Shown: positions 59,927 through 64,000 of the stretch, in pieces
How the letters are laid out: each line of letters starts with the position of its first letter
Numbering within the stretch: the first letter of the stretch is position 1
Source of the DNA: a virus
Virus record (IMG/VR): IMGVR_UViG_3300028534_000015
Span: 92,171-156,170 of that record
Direction: 5' to 3' (one strand)
Length of the DNA stretch: 64,000 bases
Translations under genes and position numbers: made by a program
The notes under the pieces: generated by a model
Seen by the model: only the letters and a program-made list of their open reading frames with translations
The model's database searches: none
What the model was told of the DNA's origin: nothing

Positions 59927-60713
59927 TGTAATCCTTTTCATCATTTCTTATATTAACAAATCCATTTAAAAATAGTGTGTCTTTTATATCAATCTTTTCA
60001 GATTTCACACTAATAACCGCTTCACTATTTTTAGGAACATATACTTCGTCAACCGAAAGTACTTTGAAAAATGATTTCTTGGACCTAATAAGGAATTTTG
60101 TTGGATCTGACCATGGAAAAATTACAGCATTCTTATTTAATTCAAAATCAGACAGTCCGTGTTTTTTAGCGTATTCGTCTAAGAGTTTTTCTGACTCTGT
60201 GTTAAAATTAATATCATTTGGTTTCAATGTTTCCAACTTGCCAGATTTCACATTGTAAGAACACAATTCTCTTTTAAAATCATCATATTGAACAAGTACA
60301 TCTAACACGCCTCCATTCATGCTGATGAACTGGTACTTTCTAATGTTCTTAAGAACATTGAAAGGAAAGAACTTAACGACTATATTCTCAGCAGCTTTGA
60401 ATACCATCATTACACCAAATACGCCATCGTATGTGCAGACAAAGATGTTAATGTATCTGGTAGACTCTATATTGGCGACTCCTAAACTTGATACAGATTC
60501 TATCTCTAGGTCTAGATCATGTTTTATAAAAAGCGGATTTCTAATACCGTCGTTAAAGTATATAATCTTATCCGTTACTGTTAACATTCTATTTTTAGCA
60601 TGCGCGCGAAAAACAACTGTATTGAAGATATTGATTTCGCCTCTTTTTACTTTATCGGCGTAATCCCCGCTTTCCATTGTTTTTAATCTTTTTTTCATTA
60701 CATTTGTAGACAT
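59916..60713 (-). CDS. Hypothetical protein, first gene of the gyrA operon
   Basis: 265 aa, AAGGAG RBS; stop overlaps gyrA start. Confidence 0.6.
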   Translation of the reverse strand: MSTNVMKKRLKTMESGDYADKVKRGEINIFNTVVFRAHAKNRMLTVTDKIIYFNDGIRNPLFIKHDLDLEIESVSSLGVANIESTRYINIFVCTYDGVFGVMMVFKAAENIVVKFFPFNVLKNIRKYQFISMNGGVLDVLVQYDDFKRELCSYNVKSGKLETLKPNDINFNTESEKLLDEYAKKHGLSDFELNKNAVIFPWSDPTKFLIRSKKSFFKVLSVDEVYVPKNSEAVISVKSEKIDIKDTLFLNGFVNIRNDEKDYNGL

Positions 60714-60743
60714 TTGTTCTCCTTTTATGTCTTATTTTTTTTT

Positions 60744-60785
60744 TAGCTTTAAAGCACCTCTTTTTAAGTCATTTTTATAATATAT
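60744..60785 (-). promoter_or_regulatory. Repeated early promoter/leader element, copy 1
   Basis: + strand TAGCTTTAAAGCACCTCTTTTTAAGTCATTTTTATAATATAT, near-identical to 63361..63405; contains TATATTAT on the - strand. Confidence 0.7.
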
Positions 60786-60845
60786 AGACTTAATATTTTT
60801 TATATTCAATAGATTAATTTTAAATAAAAAAAATACCGACCCTTT

Positions 60846-61421
60846 TTACAGGAGTCGGTAAATTTTAAAAGTAAAATAATCTATTAAGACATACATAATT
60901 AATAACATAGATAGACCGATATATTTATCGATATTTAAAAATGAAACAGACATCGCTAAACCGTATCCAAACATTCCAAAAACTGTCTTAATGTTTGTTT
61001 CTTTGTCTCTAACAAAATCCATAATTTTATGCGGACTTCTAAACTCTTTTGTTATGTAAACGTAGAAACTATTAAAGAATATTGTTGAAAATAACATTCT
61101 TAATGGTTTTGTTATAAGACTCATAATAACAAAACTGTCCATACCAAATATGATACCGACTATTAAAACTATGGTTGATAAAATATCTGATATTAGACCA
61201 ACCAAAACATGTGTCTTAAAATTAGGAATTATTTTCTTTACTCTATTATAAAGTAGCATAAATGCAGAAACTGTAAACATAGATATAGAAATAATAAACT
61301 CAACTTCGTTTTCGTTTCCTAATAGTTTATATGACGATGTCATATATGCAACAAACAATCCTATAAAAAGATTGGACAATATATGAATTCTCAAATAGTT
61401 AACAATTATCTCTTTCTTCAT
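60846..61421 (-). CDS. Multi-pass membrane protein
   Basis: 191 aa with about 5-6 hydrophobic helices; GGAGG RBS. Confidence 0.65.
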   Translation of the reverse strand: MKKEIIVNYLRIHILSNLFIGLFVAYMTSSYKLLGNENEVEFIISISMFTVSAFMLLYNRVKKIIPNFKTHVLVGLISDILSTIVLIVGIIFGMDSFVIMSLITKPLRMLFSTIFFNSFYVYITKEFRSPHKIMDFVRDKETNIKTVFGMFGYGLAMSVSFLNIDKYIGLSMLLIMYVLIDYFTFKIYRLL

Positions 61422-61446
61422 TCTTCCTCCAAAAAAAAAATATTTT

Positions 61447-61654
61447 TTCCTGTTTCGGAGTCTTAAGACTCCGAAACAGGAAGACGTCTTGCTATTTGAG
61501 CGGCAAGACGTCTTACTCTGTCTGTCATTGTTCCGTCAATGACAGACAGAGTGAATCTCGATTCACTCACGCGAGTTAAAATAACTCGCGTGTTAAAAAT
61601 TTTAATTGTCATGATAACTCCTTTCTGATCTATCACTCATGACAATGATAGATC
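61447..61654. repeat. Array of back-to-back inverted repeats (structured RNA or cruciform locus)
   Basis: Stems at 61447-61482 (36-bp perfect palindrome), 61481-61514, 61515-61552, 61549-61568, 61568-61592, 61593-61605, plus alternative pairs 61605-14/61637-46 and 61627-35/61646-54. Confidence 0.92.
61463..61612 (-). CDS. 49-aa Arg-rich ORF inside the hairpin array (not in ORF track)
   Basis: AAAGGAG RBS then ATG 61612; MTIKIFNTRVILTRVSESRFTLSVIDGTMTDRVRRLAAQIARRLPVSES*; TAA at the apex of the 36-bp palindrome. Confidence 0.55.
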   Translation of the reverse strand: MTIKIFNTRVILTRVSESRFTLSVIDGTMTDRVRRLAAQIARRLPVSES

Positions 61655-61688
61655 GTTGATTTATACTATAATAATAATATATAAATAA

Positions 61689-62219
61689 CTATTTTTGAGA
61701 TATCCATTCGTGTCCGTTTAGAAGTATTTTTTCATTAACAGATTGATCACTTAGTAAGAACTTTTTATATTCTCTAACTAATTCAGTTTCGGTCGGTATT
61801 TCTTTATCTATAATAATTTTTCTCATGATTTCAAATTCAAACTGGTCCGCATCGCTATCAATTACAAGATAAACAAAAACATCTCCTTCTATGGTCTTGA
61901 TATAAAACCCTACTGTATCTAAATCATCGCTAATAGACGTCATCTCTGCTTTCTTTTTTAAGAGTGCGGAAATGATATCAAAAGACGACTTTGAATTACA
62001 TACGACTATGAGTGAATCAAATACTGTGGTTAAAAAAATATTGTCTTTAATTTCCCTTACTGTATTGTTTTTTAAAACAATAACAAACTTTGACTTATTT
62101 AAATATACAGATAATTCTGTTTCTGTCACTATTGTATTTTTAAATGTTTTCTCCCATATTGTTAGTCTTGTTCTTTTTTTAAAGAAAGGATCTTTAAAAA
62201 ACTTTGTAAAATTCATCAC
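61689..62219 (-). CDS. Hypothetical protein
   Basis: 176 aa, AAAGGA RBS. Confidence 0.55.
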   Translation of the reverse strand: MMNFTKFFKDPFFKKRTRLTIWEKTFKNTIVTETELSVYLNKSKFVIVLKNNTVREIKDNIFLTTVFDSLIVVCNSKSSFDIISALLKKKAEMTSISDDLDTVGFYIKTIEGDVFVYLVIDSDADQFEFEIMRKIIIDKEIPTETELVREYKKFLLSDQSVNEKILLNGHEWISQK

Positions 62220-62226
62220 TGATCCT

Positions 62227-62388
62227 TTATTGGTATTGTTGATTAAGGGTTTGTAGTTTGTCTTCTAACGCGTCTATTTTCTCATTAAGTGTTTTATTCA
62301 TTTTTATAAGATATAACATTACATCTTCAATGTTTTTATCTTTATATTCTTTCTCATTAATCGGCAATTCAATCTCGTGTGTGGTCAT
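62227..62388 (-). CDS. Small coiled-coil hypothetical protein (53 aa, not in ORF track)
   Basis: AAGGA RBS; MTTHEIELPINEKEYKDKNIEDVMLYLIKMNKTLNEKIDALEDKLQTLNQQYQ. Confidence 0.6.
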   Translation of the reverse strand: MTTHEIELPINEKEYKDKNIEDVMLYLIKMNKTLNEKIDALEDKLQTLNQQYQ

Positions 62389-62518
62389 TATTTTTTCCTT
62401 TATTTTTTATCATATAATTTAAAAAATGTAAAAAAAAAAATGTAGCTCCAAAAAAGGAGCTACTTGATCTCACGAGAGGTGGTCGATTAGGAGAAAACGA
62501 CACTTTCTTTTTACCTCT

Positions 62519-62734
62519 TCAATATAATAGTGTATGATTATTTTTATCTGGAGGTTTTTCCGATTCTCCTTTTATATCTTTATTTAATATCTTATAATTA
62601 ACTACGACTCTCCTTTTAAAATTTTTGTATCCTAAGTTCAACTTATTTCTATACTCTTCAACTTCATAAAATGAATAAACAATATAAAAACACCCCTCTA
62701 GTAAAAGATCTTTTAATAAACTATGATACATCAT
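62519..62734 (-). CDS. Small hypothetical protein
   Basis: 71 aa; overlaps the end of the upstream gene on the same strand. Confidence 0.4.
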   Translation of the reverse strand: MMYHSLLKDLLLEGCFYIVYSFYEVEEYRNKLNLGYKNFKRRVVVNYKILNKDIKGESEKPPDKNNHTLLY

Positions 62735-63335
62735 TTAACCTTCTAATTGCTTCTTTTATTAAGTTGTCTGTTAGTTCTAAATTGAACACAGCGTAAGGAC
62801 TTTGTTCTTTTATATTTGACAAAATCTCTTCTTTAGAGAATGTTTTCGCTACTGATTTTACGATAAGTACTTTCCAATCCGCTGTTCTCTGACTTGCGTC
62901 TCTAATAGATATATCAAATAACACTTTTAGAATTGCTTCTTTGCTATATTTTTTTAGTTCGTCGAAAGAATGCCTTTGGATAATTCTCATAAAAGTATCA
63001 ATACTCAAAACCTTTAGGTCGTTATTATTTTCAGTATTCTTAGGTTTTTCAACTTCTTGTTTTAATCTACTAATCTCTTGTTTTAATCTATCCAACTCTT
63101 GTTTAATCTCTTCAATTGTCATGTCTTTTTTCTCCTCTTTTTTAAGTCCTTCTAATATATCGCTAACAATCGCATAGAACAATTCTGGTTGACTTAATTT
63201 GTCAATGATAGTATTATAATGTTCTATACGATCAAGTTTTTGTAACAAATACATATCGCCAACTGTGGATGAATTAAAGAAGAGTTTAATATCTTCTTCA
63301 TTAGCGTATTTTTCTATCAATTCTAAAATTTTCAT
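62721..63335 (-). CDS. Hypothetical protein with short coiled coil
   Basis: 204 aa, AAGGAG RBS, downstream of repeat copy 2. Confidence 0.6.
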   Translation of the reverse strand: MKILELIEKYANEEDIKLFFNSSTVGDMYLLQKLDRIEHYNTIIDKLSQPELFYAIVSDILEGLKKEEKKDMTIEEIKQELDRLKQEISRLKQEVEKPKNTENNNDLKVLSIDTFMRIIQRHSFDELKKYSKEAILKVLFDISIRDASQRTADWKVLIVKSVAKTFSKEEILSNIKEQSPYAVFNLELTDNLIKEAIRRLNDVS

Positions 63336-63360
63336 TTTCTCTCCTTTAGAAAATAACTGT

Positions 63361-63405
63361 TAGCTTTTTAAAGCACCTCTTTTTTAAGTCATTTTTATAA
63401 TATAT
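63361..63405 (-). promoter_or_regulatory. Repeated early promoter/leader element, copy 2
   Basis: + strand TAGCTTTTTAAAGCACCTCTTTTTTAAGTCATTTTTATAATATAT. Confidence 0.7.
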
Positions 63406-63486
63406 TAATATTATTTTTTAGACATAAAAAAAAATAAATTCAGATTATTGAATTAGCGAACAGGAGAAATTCTCCTGTTACCGACT

Positions 63487-63861
63487 TTATGGGTAGATAA
63501 GATCCTTTAAATACTCGTCGAAGAGTAAATCTTCTTTCACTCTTCTAAGTATTTTTGATTCTTTTAGATCATCAAACTCCGCAAAGAGTCTGATGACCAC
63601 GGAATGTGCATCACAACGAATCATGTTTTTTAGCTTTTTACTAAAAAACTTTCCTGGTTCAAGATCCGAAGGTGCGTACTTGACAAGTTGTGTGAACCTG
63701 TGGAATATTTTATACTCATCATTTGTCATCATATAACCAGGATAAACCATCACTCCTCCATCAATTAACTCCATTCCTACTTTTATAGAATTTTGCAAGT
63801 CTTTCTCAGTCACAAACTCCGACAACCCTATAATCTTACCATTAATTTCTACTGTTTTCAT
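63487..63861 (-). CDS. Hypothetical protein
   Basis: 124 aa, AAGGAG RBS. Confidence 0.6.
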   Translation of the reverse strand: MKTVEINGKIIGLSEFVTEKDLQNSIKVGMELIDGGVMVYPGYMMTNDEYKIFHRFTQLVKYAPSDLEPGKFFSKKLKNMIRCDAHSVVIRLFAEFDDLKESKILRRVKEDLLFDEYLKDLIYP

Positions 63862-64000
63862 AGTTTCTCCTTTGTTAGTTAAATATGTGTATTTACCTAT
63901 GAAAATAAATACACTGAATTATAAGTTCTTTTTTATTAAGAACGCCTTAGTTTAAACCATATTAATAATATGTAAATAAAAAAAAGAGATATCCTGTTAA

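Noticed and set aside
61447-61654. CRISPR array or tRNA cluster interpretation of the hairpin locus
   Set aside because: No repeated unit with spacers and no cloverleaf or T-loop consensus; each stem has a different sequence.
1-64000. Stop-codon reassignment
   Set aside because: Core genes are full length in the standard code, and TAA, TAG and TGA all end genes at sensible positions.
1-64000. Chimallin or PhuZ tubulin genes
   Set aside because: No ORF recognisable as either, so nucleus formation cannot be confirmed from this window.

Overview
AT-rich, densely coding segment of a phiKZ-like (Chimalliviridae-type) jumbo myophage genome; no CRISPR, rRNA or tRNA recognised. Bases 1-53700 hold the conserved core: tail tube (partial) and sheath, terminase, spanin pair, prohead protease, three virion RNA polymerase subunits, a tape-measure protein with two peptidoglycan hydrolase domains, a non-virion RNAP subunit, RuvC, portal, UvsX/RecA, major capsid protein and DnaB. 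Bases 54950-59950 hold a host-like DNA metabolism cluster (minimal NAD-dependent ligase, ThyX, dimeric dUTPase, full-length GyrA) whose signatures suggest a Campylobacterota host. Small early-type genes follow. The most unusual element is a ~210-bp locus at 61447-61654 made almost entirely of back-to-back inverted repeats. It also encodes an unannotated 49-aa Arg-rich ORF with a strong RBS, has mutually exclusive leader folds, and sits just upstream of a membrane-protein gene. Also notable: a Tad1-like candidate anti-defence sponge (52368-52757), a G-[LN]-E head-protease cleavage motif, candidate early (TATATTAT) and late (WTGA) promoter motifs, and many gene-end hairpins. All family assignments are from motif recognition and recalled gene context, not database searches.
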